Assembly: GCF_001194135.2 (NCBI RefSeq)
Contig: NC_069008.1
Span: 17,124,829 to 17,188,828, forward strand
DNA: 64,000 bases
Direction: 5' to 3'
Origin: Octopus bimaculoides
Taxonomy: Eukaryota
Each line of letters starts with the position of its first letter. The stretch's first letter is position 1. Of this stretch, positions 63,002-64,000 are shown piece by piece. The position numbers and the translations under genes are program-made. Under the pieces are notes generated by a model, which searched no databases, was not told the origin of the DNA, and saw nothing but the letters and a program-made list of their open reading frames with translations.

Positions 63002-64000
63002 GGTCAAAAGCAAACACTTGTACAGTCAAGGTGTACCTTGCAGTGAGATTGAACCTCTAGCAACCATATGATTACGAAGCAAACACTTGTAGCTGTTTGG
63101 CCTCACCTGCACCCAGAACGCATCCTCCGCACCACTTGAACCAAGCATCTACGAAAGGGTGGCGTGGGGTGGCGTGAGGTGGGGTGGGGTAACCTTACTC
63201 ACGTGTACACACGAGGCTGAGAAGAGCCTCGAGAGATACCAGGGAGAACCTTTAACCCCGTCGCATCCATTGTGCCTCGTTAAGCAATCTGGGTTATCGA
63301 AAGCGAATTGACAAAGGTACGAGTCACACGGTCAACGTAAACAGCGTAAACAAAAGAAGAACTCCAAAGAAAATAAAAACTACACTTTGTCCACAAGCTC
63401 CAACCCCCACCACCACCCCAACCTCCACAATGCNNNNNNNNNNNNNNNNNNNNNNNNNNNNNNNNNNNNNNNNNNNNNNNNNNNNNNNNNNNNNNNNNNN
63501 NNNCCACAATGCGCGCACCCCCCACCCCCACCCCACCGACACGTCTCTCTTATCTTCCTATCAATTGTTTCTTTGACACATATTCCTCTAAATAATACAA
63601 ACATTAACTGGATATTTATCTTTAGGTGCAGGCATGGCTGTGTGCTAAGTAGCTTGCTTACGAACCACATGGTTCCGGGTTCAGTCCCAATACATGGCCC
63701 CCTTGGGCAAGTGTCTTCTACCATAGCCTCAGGCCGACCAAAGCCTTGTGAGTGGATTCGGTAGACGGAAACTGAAAGAAGCCCATCATGTGTATCATCA
63801 TCGTTTAACATCCGTTATCCGTGCTGGTGCAGGTTGGATGGTTTGACCAGGGCTGGCACACTGGAAGGCTGCAGCAGACTCCAGTCTGATTTGGCATGGT
63901 TTTCCATGACTGGATGCCCTTCCTAACGCTAACCACTTGTATATATTTATGTGTGTGTGTTTATGTCTCCATAACTTAGCAGTTTGCAGCAAAAAAAGAC

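Overview
Eukaryotic, repeat-rich scaffold with about 6.7 kb of N gaps. The SINE and MITE families look like those of Octopus (coleoid cephalopod; my recall, not verified). No prokaryotic features or CRISPR arrays are present. One large minus-strand gene model can be assembled by hand from GT-AG exons with compatible phases. Two putative 5'UTR exons (~52.6 kb and 50.7 kb) precede an ATG at 40983. Nine phase-linked exons (40983 to 34721) encode a POGZ/ZNF280-family C2H2 zinc-finger cluster, including the N-terminal MECEEDDLSPWQ motif and the DEYYYG motif. One exon is predicted to lie in the 33482-34234 gap, followed by exon 32877-32972. After a ~26 kb interval, four more exons (7038 to 1) encode an unexplained helical globular domain, a poly-Glu tract and a Lys/Glu/Ser-rich tail of at least 941 aa. 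That tail ends in (EAPAKTSS)n repeats that run off the window without a stop. No pogo CENP-B/DDE domain is visible. The rest is introns and upstream DNA filled with tRNA-derived SINEs, a (GAT)n-tailed retroposon, hAT/piggyBac/pogo-type MITEs, a Helentron-like insertion, RTE LINE and Tc1/mariner remnants, micro- and minisatellites, and one ~410 bp intronic hairpin.
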